DNA from: a virus
Length of the DNA: 64,000 bases
IMG/VR virus record: IMGVR_UViG_3300023242_000003
Location: 35,592-99,591 of that record
Reading direction: 5' to 3' (one strand)
In this document: positions 50,512-60,125 of the stretch, one piece after another
How the letters are laid out: every line of letters starts with the position of its first letter
Position numbering within the stretch: the first letter of the stretch is position 1
Translations under genes and position numbers: made by a program
The notes under the pieces: generated by a model
Told to the model about the DNA's origin: nothing
Database searches by the model: none
Seen by the model: the letters and a program-made list of their open reading frames with translations, nothing else

Positions 50512-52662
50512 ATGAAATTATTTTTAAATAGAAACGTAATAGTAGAAAACTATGTAGCGCCATCTGCAAGTCAAACAATTGACGAAATAGATGATATTGC
50601 TAATAGTATTTCCGACAACATATCCAAAGAGGTTTCAATACCTAACGATGTATTGAACAGTTTTAAAATCAAAGATACGCTAGAACCACAAATCTGGCAA
50701 AATGAAAAACTCAACGCAACTGTTAAATCTAAGCTAATGAAAATTGCGTCAGACTTTTATAACAGTTTAAAACTTCCTTCTGAAGTAAAAATGAAAGATG
50801 TTATTTTTACAGGTTCACTTGCAAATTTTAATTGGTCCAAATTTTCTGATGTAGATTTACATGTTGTATTGGACTTTAGTCAACTAGAAGGTGGTGAACA
50901 ATTTAAAGAAGACTTCTTCTGGTCTCAAAAAGCTCTTTGGAATCAAGAACACGACATTATAATCTTTGACTACCCAGTAGAAATATACACACAAGATATA
51001 AAAGCAAAGCTTGTGGCTACCGCAGTATATAGTATTAAGTTTGATAAATGGATTCTTAAACCAGAATATGAAAATTTTAAAATTAATAAAAAGATAATCA
51101 AAAACAAAGCTGAAATTTTTATTGACCGACTTAAAGATATTCGTGATGATTATAAAAATAAAGATTTTAGTAGCGTTGTTAGTAAGGTAGAAAAACTTAA
51201 AAATAAAATCAAAAAATATAGAACCGCTGGTTTAGATAATGGTGGTGAATTTTCATTGGAAAACTTAGTATTCAAGGTTCTGAGAAGAACTACATTTATG
51301 GATATCTTAGGTAGTTATAAAGCCAAAGCTTATGATACCCTTATGTCAGTAGAAGAAGTTGAAACTATTAATGAAACTGTAATCGAAGAAGGTGAGTTAG
51401 TCGATAACACCAAATTTAAACTAGTTAGAGATAATGGTAGTGAATATTCTTATGAAGCAATTTTTGAAGACGAAGTTATTGGTAAGGTACTTATGGACGA
51501 AATCTATAATATAGATGAATATTTTAATGACGATTTTTCCGAAGAACAAATAGCAGAACTATTTCATAATGATAATATTTTTATAATAGAATGGCTTGAA
51601 GTCCCAGATGACTACTATAAAGGTGGTGGGATTGGTCGTGCACTTATGAATAAAGCAATAACATTTGCAAAGAAAAAAGGATACTCCCAAATATATTTAA
51701 ACGCAAGCCCAATCGGTGGTCAAGGTTTAAATACAAAAAATTTAACCAAATGGTACGGAACATTCGGTTTCAAACCAATACTTGACCAAGGAAACAACGT
51801 TCAAATGTTATTAAACATGGGTGTCAACGAAAATAAAACCATAATTAAAAATATGCTATGCTTGTTATCCGAAGCAAATAATAGATACGCAACCAAAAGA
51901 GATTATTTTACCACATTATTCAAAATCACCAAAGCTAAACAACTTTATGGTGGTGATGAGTATTGGGAAAACGTACAAGAAGGTCAATGGGTTGGTGCCG
52001 CAATTGTTAATATTTATGGTATCATGTCTAAAATTTCAACATACAACGCACCAGCTGGACAAGTTAGAACAAACGATTTAGGTATGAGAGGTGAAAACCC
52101 AAATTACCTAGAATTTAAAATTATGGCGGGTAGAGGTATAGAACATAAAGGAACTCAAACACCAAATTTGCAACCAGCAAGAACAAGAGGTGGTTTAGGT
52201 TCAGAAGAAAATGAAGGAACCTTTACAATGGAATTACCACAAGGTATTACTCTAGAAAACGGTGCCACGTCAATTACGTTTGGTTTACCAAAACCAGGCT
52301 CGCCAGCATCCGATGCCGCAATAAAAACATACCTAATATATGGTGATGTAATCTTAGACTTCGTAAAAAACAACATGAAAGACAAAGTAGGATATGTAGA
52401 TGGAAAAGGTGCTGAAGTATCAGCCCAAGCAATGGCCAACAACCCAACACTTCAAAAAAAGAAAATCAAGAAAGACTTGGAAATGGAATTAGGTCGTAGA
52501 GTAACCGATTCTGAATTGGAAGACTTCATGGCAACTGGACAAAAACCACAACCAAAACAAAGAACAATATCTATGGACCCAGACAAAGCAGCAGAATTTG
52601 AAAAAAGACAAGCTGACGCTCTGGCTAGAAGAGAAAAAATGATGCAAAGAAGACAAAAATAA
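50512..52662 (+). CDS. Pol-beta-family nucleotidyltransferase + GNAT multidomain protein
   Basis: TGSLANFNW-SDVDLH (GS..DxD); YKGGGIGRALM...WYGTFGF. Confidence 0.75.
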   Translation: MKLFLNRNVIVENYVAPSASQTIDEIDDIANSISDNISKEVSIPNDVLNSFKIKDTLEPQIWQNEKLNATVKSKLMKIASDFYNSLKLPSEVKMKDVIFTGSLANFNWSKFSDVDLHVVLDFSQLEGGEQFKEDFFWSQKALWNQEHDIIIFDYPVEIYTQDIKAKLVATAVYSIKFDKWILKPEYENFKINKKIIKNKAEIFIDRLKDIRDDYKNKDFSSVVSKVEKLKNKIKKYRTAGLDNGGEFSLENLVFKVLRRTTFMDILGSYKAKAYDTLMSVEEVETINETVIEEGELVDNTKFKLVRDNGSEYSYEAIFEDEVIGKVLMDEIYNIDEYFNDDFSEEQIAELFHNDNIFIIEWLEVPDDYYKGGGIGRALMNKAITFAKKKGYSQIYLNASPIGGQGLNTKNLTKWYGTFGFKPILDQGNNVQMLLNMGVNENKTIIKNMLCLLSEANNRYATKRDYFTTLFKITKAKQLYGGDEYWENVQEGQWVGAAIVNIYGIMSKISTYNAPAGQVRTNDLGMRGENPNYLEFKIMAGRGIEHKGTQTPNLQPARTRGGLGSEENEGTFTMELPQGITLENGATSITFGLPKPGSPASDAAIKTYLIYGDVILDFVKNNMKDKVGYVDGKGAEVSAQAMANNPTLQKKKIKKDLEMELGRRVTDSELEDFMATGQKPQPKQRTISMDPDKAAEFEKRQADALARREKMMQRRQK

Positions 52663-52685
52663 AAAAAGGGGCGTAAGCCCCTTTG
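52661..52685. terminator. bidirectional intrinsic terminator
   Basis: A7-GGGGC-gtaa-GCCCC-TTT. Confidence 0.85.
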
Positions 52686-52689
52686 TTGT

Positions 52690-53922
52690 TTAAAACGGTA
52701 ACTCATCAAAAAAACTAACATCAAAGGCTGCATCATTTTTATGTTCTGGATATTGATAATCACACTTAAACTCATTAAAAGCATCAACCATCATTCTAAC
52801 ACCATCATCCAAATCTTTTGGTGGGTTGACATTGCTCACACCTTTTAACTGATTATAAACCAACAATTTGATTTTGGTATAATTGTTATCAACCCATGTG
52901 TTTCGATATCCAACCTCTAACGTATGACCTTCAACCCTCATGATACCAGAATCACCAGCGTTCACATTGCCTATATAAGAACCAACACAATGACACATAA
53001 GCCTTCCTTCATTAATCAATTCGTGATTGGTCAACAACAATTTATAACCACTAAACTCGGAAAAGTCCCTATAAACCTGTGCAATATTCAAATTGATAAC
53101 TGGCTCATACTTCATAACAATCGCATCATATTCTTTGGACCATTTATCATGCTCTTCCTTCAAACGTCTTAGGCTCCAAGAACAATTTATCTTATAACCC
53201 AACTGCCCACCAATCTTACACGCATCAATAAAATAATTGCTTCCTAATATCTCTTCCTTCAAGTTTTCAATGTTAATTAAATGTCTTCTTATCTGTTTCC
53301 ATATCTTTAGATAATCCCATGGGTTATAACCAGATTTGTTCTTGGATAAAATATCAGCAACTGGATAAGGAACACCATAGATATGTGCCAACGCTTTCTT
53401 GCCGTTGAACAACTTCTTGGTCATGATAACATTGAAACTTAACGCATGCAACTTTTGGTCCTCACCAATATTCCTTAACCAACCAAACTTGGAAGCCAAA
53501 TATTGATACACAGGATATTCATCTGGAATCTTATTGTTTTGTGTCGGCATAACCCTTAACAATGTACTATATGTGCATTGAGTGATTTTACCCTTATTAC
53601 CAACACCACCAATAAAATACAACTTCTTGGTAGACTTCTTATACGAAATGGCCCAATCAGTACTTTCCCTATGATAGATGATATTGGTAATCGACATACC
53701 AAACTGTCTAACCATCCTAGCAATCTTGAAATCCCCATTGGGGAACTCAAACAAAACATCCCTAGTAGACGAATAAGAATACTTGCTCTTATTTGACTCA
53801 AAGATAACCTTCGCATGCATTCTGTCTTGTTTATAAATCTCAAGCAACCTATCCAAATTAGGACACTTGCTCTCACTAAATAAACCCCAAGTAACCCCAT
53901 TCTCCGATACCTGTTTTTCCAT
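52690..53922 (-). CDS. PcfJ-like domain protein
   Basis: LKEEHD...ELINEGRLMCHCVGSY...Q-KG--N. Confidence 0.7.
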   Translation of the reverse strand: MEKQVSENGVTWGLFSESKCPNLDRLLEIYKQDRMHAKVIFESNKSKYSYSSTRDVLFEFPNGDFKIARMVRQFGMSITNIIYHRESTDWAISYKKSTKKLYFIGGVGNKGKITQCTYSTLLRVMPTQNNKIPDEYPVYQYLASKFGWLRNIGEDQKLHALSFNVIMTKKLFNGKKALAHIYGVPYPVADILSKNKSGYNPWDYLKIWKQIRRHLINIENLKEEILGSNYFIDACKIGGQLGYKINCSWSLRRLKEEHDKWSKEYDAIVMKYEPVINLNIAQVYRDFSEFSGYKLLLTNHELINEGRLMCHCVGSYIGNVNAGDSGIMRVEGHTLEVGYRNTWVDNNYTKIKLLVYNQLKGVSNVNPPKDLDDGVRMMVDAFNEFKCDYQYPEHKNDAAFDVSFFDELPF

Positions 53923-53925
53923 ACC

Positions 53926-54246
53926 TTATTTTTTAAATAGCTTATCTAAATTAGAATACAAATCCATAACAACCATCCCATCATATAATACAGGAACCCC
54001 ATTGTTAACAACAAGAAATACTTCTCCATCAGTAGATTCCATTCCCTCAACAAAAAGGTCAAATCGCAAATCTTCCAAATAACCAACAACACCCTTATAC
54101 ATCCATGGACGATTATGGTCATGTGGTGGACCCTCGTTAAATACCAAACCAATTTGAGAAGCAGCAACAACTACCAATCCATTCTCGTCAACTATCAAAG
54201 GTTTCTCATCTACAAAAATAACCTTGAACTCTTTAATTTCTATCAT
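53926..54246 (-). CDS. hypothetical protein
   Basis: 106 aa; TACCTTTG promoter element at about 54300. Confidence 0.6.
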   Translation of the reverse strand: MIEIKEFKVIFVDEKPLIVDENGLVVVAASQIGLVFNEGPPHDHNRPWMYKGVVGYLEDLRFDLFVEGMESTDGEVFLVVNNGVPVLYDGMVVMDLYSNLDKLFKK

Positions 54247-54504
54247 ATAGTAAATTTTAAATTATGTATAGGTAAAATACAAATATTGCTTTCATTTTAC
54301 AAAGGTATGTAAAAGATTCCATACAGACAAATTTTAAATGAAAAAAAATCCTAAAAAAAATTTTTGGAAAATGGGGTACCCATATTTTTATTCCTAAAAT
54401 TTCTGAAAAAAAAATGTGAATATAAGGGTCTTATAATATGAATCAAAAAAATTTCCCAAAAAAAATTCGTGAATAACATCATAGCCCCTATCTGGACGGC
54501 ATAC

Positions 54505-54555
54505 GGGGGGGTGCAACGAGGGGGGTAACGGGGGGAGGGGGTACGTAGGGAGGGG
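54505..54555 (+). other. G-run cluster, potential G-quadruplex
   Basis: G7-tgcaacga-G6-taac-G6-a-G5-tacgta-G3-a-G4 in non-coding AT-rich DNA. Confidence 0.8.
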
Positions 54556-54712
54556 TGGCATGCACTATCTTTTAATAAATGTATTACGTATCCACTTAAA
54601 ACTATCGTTCTTTAAAACGCTTTATTTGCAGTCATGTAAAATAAATGATATATGCAAGTTTTTTAGTTAAAAGTTTTAAACAAAAAAAAGTGCCTTTCGG
54701 CACTCTTAATTT

Positions 54713-55300
54713 TTAGATTGTTACACCTTGCAAATTTACTTCGGCTTTGTCAAAGATAAAGTTTCTATATTTGTCTTGTTTAAATTCGCACAATTTTTTG
54801 ATTTTGTTTTGTACGATTGTTAAATCTCTGCTTTTGGTTTCTTTGTACTCAATAGCTTGTAAGATTGTTTTTTTAACTACCAATCCGAAAACGTGGATTT
54901 GATTTGTTTCTTTGTTTACCTTAACACCTTTTGTAATGTGAGTATAAGCATCTTTTTGAGCATCTGACAAAGCGATTGTTTTATCATTTTGTTGTCTTAA
55001 TGCTTCTTTTACTTCTTCGCTTGACAAACGTTTTTCTAATGATGTATAAACGTTTTTGTATGCGGTTTCGATTAATTCGTTTGAATAATCTTTTTGCAAT
55101 TTTTCAAAAACTTCTTTTTGATTTTCTTGCAATACTTTGAAATCGTTTACTAAACAATTTTCGTAAGTAATACCCGCAACGATTGTTTGGTTTGATTTTT
55201 CGCCTTGTTTGTTTTCGTAGTTTTTAATACCTACAAACGATGTACCTTTGATTGTTTTCGCTACTAAAACTAAGCCTAAATTTTCTACTAATGTTTTCAT
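54713..55300 (-). CDS. hypothetical early protein
   Basis: 195 aa; own TATATTTG promoter, CCAATTAAA leader and terminator. Confidence 0.75.
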   Translation of the reverse strand: MKTLVENLGLVLVAKTIKGTSFVGIKNYENKQGEKSNQTIVAGITYENCLVNDFKVLQENQKEVFEKLQKDYSNELIETAYKNVYTSLEKRLSSEEVKEALRQQNDKTIALSDAQKDAYTHITKGVKVNKETNQIHVFGLVVKKTILQAIEYKETKSRDLTIVQNKIKKLCEFKQDKYRNFIFDKAEVNLQGVTI

Positions 55301-55542
55301 AATATTTGTGTTTTTAATTGGTTACTTAAATTTGTTATGCAAATATACAACTTTTTTTTAAACTACCAAACTTTTTAATAAGTTTTTTTTTTATTTGTTT
55401 TTTCGTTGTTTTAATTTGTTGGTACAAATATAAGAAACTTATTTCGTTCCCACAAGTTTTTTAGTTAATTTATATTCATTCTAAATAAGAAAAAAGTTTG
55501 TATTTTATTTGGTGGATTGAAATATTATTACTATCTTTGACT

Positions 55543-55600
55543 TGTCAATATGAAAGACAGGTCGCCACGAGAGTGTTGAGAGAGTAGACTCCGACACGTC
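55543..55600 (+). ncRNA. repeated structured ncRNA, copy 1
   Basis: TATCTTTG promoter then TGTC/GACA stem, TCGCCAC-GAGA-GTGTTGA stem, core GAGAGAGTAGACTCCGAC. Confidence 0.65.
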
Positions 55601-55708
55601 TTTTATTTTTTTATGGGACTGAAAAAGTTTTTTGAAAAAAGTTGTGTTTTTATTTGGTTGATTAAAATATTATTCTTATCTTTGTATCGAACCAATTAAA
55701 TAAAGGAT

Positions 55709-55975
55709 ATGACACAATTTGAACAAGCACAAAAAGACGTTAAGGAAAAAAAACTAAAAACGCCAGATGTATCAGTAGGTGGTAAACAAGTTGATTACTT
55801 CGGTTATCAGTTATCTGTTCACAAATTTAACTTATCTATTATGGCAACTGGTATGAGTTGTCGAGGAATTAAGTTTACAGATATTAAAAAGTATTATGGT
55901 TTGAAAGGACGAACCGCAAAAGATTGTTTACAGCAATTCCTTAAGATTATTGAAGATTATAAGAAAGCCCTTTAA
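55709..55975 (+). CDS. hypothetical early protein
   Basis: 88 aa; own promoter and leader motif. Confidence 0.75.
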   Translation: MTQFEQAQKDVKEKKLKTPDVSVGGKQVDYFGYQLSVHKFNLSIMATGMSCRGIKFTDIKKYYGLKGRTAKDCLQQFLKIIEDYKKAL

Positions 55976-56009
55976 GGGTTTTTTTTCCTATGTCCACAAT
56001 TGTGTACAA

Positions 56010-56065
56010 GCCGTGTTGGAGTCTACTCTCTCGCTTGTCGCAACCCGTACCTTTCTCTTTTGTAC
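56010..56065 (-). ncRNA. repeated structured ncRNA, copy 2
   Basis: TATCTTTG promoter, GTAC/GTAC stem, TTGC-GACAA-GCGA stem, core GAGAGAGTAGACTCCAAC. Confidence 0.65.
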
Positions 56066-56154
56066 ACTACAAAGATAAGATAAATAATCCACACTACCAA
56101 ATATAATGTGGATTATTTTTAAAGTTTTAATTGCGTTTAAAAAGCCAAGAAACA

Positions 56155-56469
56155 TTAGCAGTAACTTAACCCAAAATCACGTGCAAGAATTTTCAAGACA
56201 TTTTTTCTATTTAATGCTGGAATATAAATGCAATCTTGTTTTTTAGAAATGCTTTTATTTTCTTTTTTTTGTTGCATTTCATCAGAAAAAGTTATAGTTA
56301 AGTTTCTATCAAATTTTGCTTTTTCAATAGTCTTTTCGATTAAATTGACTTCAAATATTGTATGATTTTTATGTGGCTGTATTCTGCCAACTAAAATTCT
56401 TTGAATATCTTTTTTAGCTTCTTTAGTGATTTCCATTTTATCACTTTGATTTAATTCGGTTTCTTTCAT
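56155..56469 (-). CDS. hypothetical early protein
   Basis: 104-aa ORF. Confidence 0.7.
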   Translation of the reverse strand: MKETELNQSDKMEITKEAKKDIQRILVGRIQPHKNHTIFEVNLIEKTIEKAKFDRNLTITFSDEMQQKKENKSISKKQDCIYIPALNRKNVLKILARDFGLSYC

Positions 56470-56519
56470 TTTTTATTTTTTAAGGGGTTTTTACGCCCCT
56501 ATTGTTTAATTTTTTAGTA

Positions 56520-56726
56520 TTATTTAATTTCAGTTTCAAAAACTCTTTCGCCAGTTTCAATATTTACAATAGAAACAGTTCCTCCTTTGTAATTTTTAAA
56601 ATAACTTTCGCTAGTTCCGTTATTTGAATTGATATAATATTGACATTCTTCTAATGAATATTTAAAACCTTTATTATTTGAGTTGTCATTATCATCAAAA
56701 AAGACGAATAAAAAAAACTTCTTCAT
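56520..56726 (-). CDS. hypothetical early protein
   Basis: 68-aa ORF. Confidence 0.6.
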   Translation of the reverse strand: MKKFFLFVFFDDNDNSNNKGFKYSLEECQYYINSNNGTSESYFKNYKGGTVSIVNIETGERVFETEIK

Positions 56727-56928
56727 CTTCTAAGAATTTCTGACCCTCTTCTGAAAAATTATAAATAGTAGATATTAATTCATCCTTTGTCATTTTCATA
56801 AACTTTTTAAACGACTCATCAGTACTCATTGCAACTCTTCTATCTTTTGAAAAGTAAGTATCTTTTCCGCAATCATTATTTTCATTTACTAACCATTGAG
56901 TTAAAGCTTGTTTCTTAAAAGTTTTCAT
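56695..56928 (-). CDS. hypothetical early protein
   Basis: 77-aa ORF with upstream promoter. Confidence 0.6.
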   Translation of the reverse strand: MKTFKKQALTQWLVNENNDCGKDTYFSKDRRVAMSTDESFKKFMKMTKDELISTIYNFSEEGQKFLEDEEVFFIRLF

Positions 56929-57048
56929 AATTTCTATTTGTTTGAGTTTGCTGTGTAAATCACTTTCTTAATTCTTTTACAAATATAGGAATAAAAAATG
57001 ACACTACCAAATGATAGCGCCACTTTTTTGTATTTGTTTTATAACCAA

Positions 57049-57198
57049 TTAAACAAATATATTTATTAATGCTATTAACCAAATAAATATTATTATAGCG
57101 ACCGAATAAGGTCTAAATTCTGTTGTTAATCTAATTCCAGCAATTGAGTTGATTACCCATATAAGGAAAGCAACAAGTGTAAATTTGTGTAATTTCAT
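57049..57198 (-). CDS. small membrane protein (49 aa, not in ORF track)
   Basis: MKLHKFTLVAFLIWVINSIAG...IIIFIWLIALINIFV; leader motif upstream. Confidence 0.55.
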   Translation of the reverse strand: MKLHKFTLVAFLIWVINSIAGIRLTTEFRPYSVAIIIFIWLIALINIFV

Positions 57199-57220
57199 TT
57201 TGTGTGTTTTAATTGATTAA

Positions 57221-57290
57221 TGTAGTAATCAAGTGGGGATTGCCATTCAGAATAAATCCGTGCTTTCCAGAACTCTCCTTGATTACTACA
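57221..57290 (-). ncRNA. stem-closed structured leader RNA
   Basis: 13-bp perfect terminal stem TGTAGTAATCAAG/CTTGATTACTACA starting just after TATCTTTG. Confidence 0.5.
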
Positions 57291-57577
57291 CTACAAAGAT
57301 AAGGATAATATTTCTATTATCCAAATCTTTTTGCAATTATTTTTAGTATCTGCAAATATTTGTATAGTTACCAAATAAAAATGTTGATACTGAACTGTAA
57401 ACTTTGTTAATTGATTTCATAAGGTTTAAACTTTAATGTTAGTGATTATTTCTTTAGCAAAGATAAGGATAATATTTCTATTATCCAAATCTTTTTGCAA
57501 TTATTTTTAATTATTTTTATTTAATTTTTTTTACTATTTTATTTGGTAGATTAAAATATTATTCTTATATTTGTAGT

Positions 57578-57633
57578 GTTGAAAGAGCAACGGGTCGATA
57601 TGGAAATATTGAGAGAGTAGACTCCGACACGTC
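57578..57633 (+). ncRNA. repeated structured ncRNA, copy 3
   Basis: TATATTTG promoter, GTTG/CAAC stem, TCGATAT-GGAA-ATATTGA stem, core. Confidence 0.65.
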
Positions 57634-57693
57634 TATACGTTACTAGCGACAAGGCAAAAAAATCGGAGGGCACAACCCCTCCGACATTCCGAA

Positions 57694-57813
57694 CTAGATA
57701 CCGAAAATAAGCGATACCAACGTCCTACCAATTAAAAAACTTGCACAAAGGACTAGCAATGGCATAGACACTTTGTCCATAAACTTTTCAAATTTTTTAT
57801 CAATGTTATTCAT
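57694..57813 (-). CDS. small membrane peptide (39 aa, not in ORF track)
   Basis: MNNIDKKFEKFMDKVSMPLLVLCASFLIGRTLVSLIFGI; own promoter and GC-rich terminator. Confidence 0.5.
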   Translation of the reverse strand: MNNIDKKFEKFMDKVSMPLLVLCASFLIGRTLVSLIFGI

Positions 57814-57893
57814 GGCTTTTGGTTTTAATTATTATAGTACAAAGATAAGGATAATATTTCTATTATCCAAATCTTTTTGTGATTATTTTTTTA

Positions 57894-58103
57894 TTAACTT
57901 GTATAATTTTGTGTGTAGATTAACCCATCAATTTTACATTTTAAACGCTTTTTAACACGTCCATTTTTATCGGTACACGCTGATTCAGAAAATGTTTTAT
58001 AGTGTGTTGCACCGTGTCCAAATTTGATTTCTGATGCTGTTGGTTTTCTGTGGTACTCGATAGTTTTTTCTTGTACGCCAGTAATGTTAAGTGAATTTTT
58101 CAT
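57894..58103 (-). CDS. hypothetical early protein (start adjusted to MKNSLN)
   Basis: Promoter plus CCAATTAAA leader directly upstream of 58103. Confidence 0.7.
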   Translation of the reverse strand: MKNSLNITGVQEKTIEYHRKPTASEIKFGHGATHYKTFSESACTDKNGRVKKRLKCKIDGLIYTQNYTS

Positions 58104-58189
58104 TTTGTGTTGTTTTAATTGGTTCGGTACAAAGATAAGATAAAATAACCACACTACCAAATAAATGATAGTCTTTTTTTAAATTATTT

Positions 58190-58522
58190 TTAGTATGCTG
58201 ATACTGACATATTTTGATTTTGTTCATAACTCAGTCCTTCAAGTTCACCATAGGGATTAGTTAGTGAATGATAATACTTTTTAAGTCGTTCCGCTATTCT
58301 GTCTAACTTTGCATTTTGTTTATTGGTGCAAGGTTTATCAAAGGCTCTAATTGTATCATTTGCACAAACTTTGCCTAACATTCCACCACCTAAATAGTTT
58401 TGATAAGCTGACATTTTTTCTTTTTTGAATCCAAAACGTGTTAAATCTATTTCGACCCCACCACCACGACTTGAAACTTCTAGTCTTAATGTTATTTCTG
58501 AAAATTGAATTGCTTTTGCCAT
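58190..58522 (-). CDS. hypothetical early protein
   Basis: 110 aa; own promoter and leader. Confidence 0.75.
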   Translation of the reverse strand: MAKAIQFSEITLRLEVSSRGGGVEIDLTRFGFKKEKMSAYQNYLGGGMLGKVCANDTIRAFDKPCTNKQNAKLDRIAERLKKYYHSLTNPYGELEGLSYEQNQNMSVSAY

Positions 58523-58657
58523 TGTGTTTTGTTTTAATTGGTTCGGTACAAAGATAAGTAAACTATTTCAATCTACCTAATTTATTTGCAAGTATTTTTA
58601 TTTATTTTTTATGTCTTTTTATTTGGATAAGTCATTTATTATCCTTATCTTTGTAGT

Positions 58658-58713
58658 GTACAAAAGAGAAAGGTACGGGTCACGACAAGTGAGAGAGTAG
58701 ACTCCGACACGTC
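58658..58713 (+). ncRNA. repeated structured ncRNA, copy 4
   Basis: TATCTTTG promoter, GTAC/GTAC stem, TCAC-GACAA-GTGA stem, core. Confidence 0.65.
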
Positions 58714-58999
58714 TTATATTTTTTTATATATAACCATAAAAAAAATGGTGCAATATTGCACCACTTAAAATATTTAGCAAATCGGGTGGTATAAAATTAA
58801 CCCATTTAATTTGCCTAGATTAAAATATTGTTCTATGTATTCTTGTCTAGTTATTTTGCTAGTTAAAAATTTAGCTCTTAATTTTTTAAATTTAGCAATT
58901 ACTGATTTTGATACTTTTGTTTCCATTGTGTTTTATTTAATTGGTTGAAACAAAGATAAGGATAAGTTTTCACTTATCCAAATCTTTTACTAATTATTT

Positions 59000-59299
59000 T
59001 TAGTTAATATCAATTAACTTTCCGTTCCATTCTGCACCATTCAAAAACCATTTACCTTTTATTTGTACTATATGTACATTAGGTAAAGCGTTTAATCTTT
59101 CTTTTGTGGTCTTTGATTTCCAACCAGCATTGGTAATTGATAACGTTCTTTCGGGGTCATTGTATTGATATGCAATAGGATTTCCAAACAATTTAAGGAT
59201 TGTAACATTATGCAATACTTCAACTTGTGTATTGCTTGTTTTAAACGTTTCAGCATTTAAAAATTTCTCGATTGCATTTGTTGTGATAGTTCTTGACAT
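59000..59299 (-). CDS. hypothetical early protein
   Basis: 99 aa; GW-SKTTKERLNAL; own promoter and leader. Confidence 0.75.
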   Translation of the reverse strand: MSRTITTNAIEKFLNAETFKTSNTQVEVLHNVTILKLFGNPIAYQYNDPERTLSITNAGWKSKTTKERLNALPNVHIVQIKGKWFLNGAEWNGKLIDIN

Positions 59300-59370
59300 T
59301 TTGTGTATTTTTAATTGGTTAATTATTACAGTACAAATATAAGTAATTTATTTTAAACTACCAAACTTTT

Positions 59371-59550
59371 TCAGTTATTTTTTTTGACAAAAATAAGAAA
59401 ACTACCTACGCCAATTGTGCCCGATACATTAAACAATACTAATAAATTAAATAGTTGCTCATTTGTATCTACTAAAAACAACCCTGTTACCGATGATGCC
59501 ATTACAATAAGACAAGCAACTGCTAAAACTAATAATGTGCTATTTTTCAT
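59371..59550 (-). CDS. small two-TM membrane protein (59 aa, not in ORF track)
   Basis: MKNSTLLVLAVACLIVMASS...; leader identical to that of 59299. Confidence 0.55.
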   Translation of the reverse strand: MKNSTLLVLAVACLIVMASSVTGLFLVDTNEQLFNLLVLFNVSGTIGVGSFLIFVKKNN

Positions 59551-59692
59551 TTTGTGTATTTTTAATTGGTTAATTATTACAGTACAAAGATAGTAAAAAA
59601 ATCCGAACTACCAAACTTTTATGTAATTATTTTTATTTTATTTTTTTGCTATTTTATTTGCATATATCAATTATTTGTTTTATCTTTGTAGT

Positions 59693-59744
59693 GTACAAAT
59701 GAAGTACGGGTCATGACAAGTGAGAGAGTAGACTCCGACCTACC
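59693..59744 (+). ncRNA. repeated structured ncRNA, copy 5
   Basis: TATCTTTG promoter, GTAC/GTAC stem, TCAT-GACAA-GTGA stem, core. Confidence 0.65.
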
Positions 59745-59778
59745 TTATATTTTTTTTATCTAGCCATAAAAAAAACCC

Positions 59779-59976
59779 CTAATAAGGGGTTTGTGGTGTG
59801 TGTTTTTTGCCTGTGGTTACATCAACCCATTTTTGTTTTGTTTCACGTTCTACGAGCTTCTCAAGGCTTTTAATTTTCAATTCTCCAGCTTCAATCGCTT
59901 CGGCTTCAGTTCCACCGTTATCGATAATAAATTTATAAGTTTGTTTTCTTAAAATTTCTTGTACCTTTGCGTTCAT
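59779..59976 (-). CDS. hypothetical early protein
   Basis: 65 aa; own promoter and leader. Confidence 0.65.
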   Translation of the reverse strand: MNAKVQEILRKQTYKFIIDNGGTEAEAIEAGELKIKSLEKLVERETKQKWVDVTTGKKHTPQTPY

Positions 59977-60125
59977 AATTTTGTGTTGTTTTAATTGGAC
60001 ACTACAAAGATAGACAAATATTTTAAACCACCAAACTTTTTTACGCTTTTTTTTATTTTTTTTTACCTAGTAAAATAATTGCATTTTTATTTGGTTATAT
60101 CAATTATTTGTTTTATCTTTGTAGT

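Larger units (their letters stand above)
57294..57879 (-). repeat. three near-identical palindromic promoter modules (57294, 57458, 57840)
   Basis: CAAAGATAAGGATAATATTTCTATTATCCAAATCTTTTTG x3. Confidence 0.85.
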
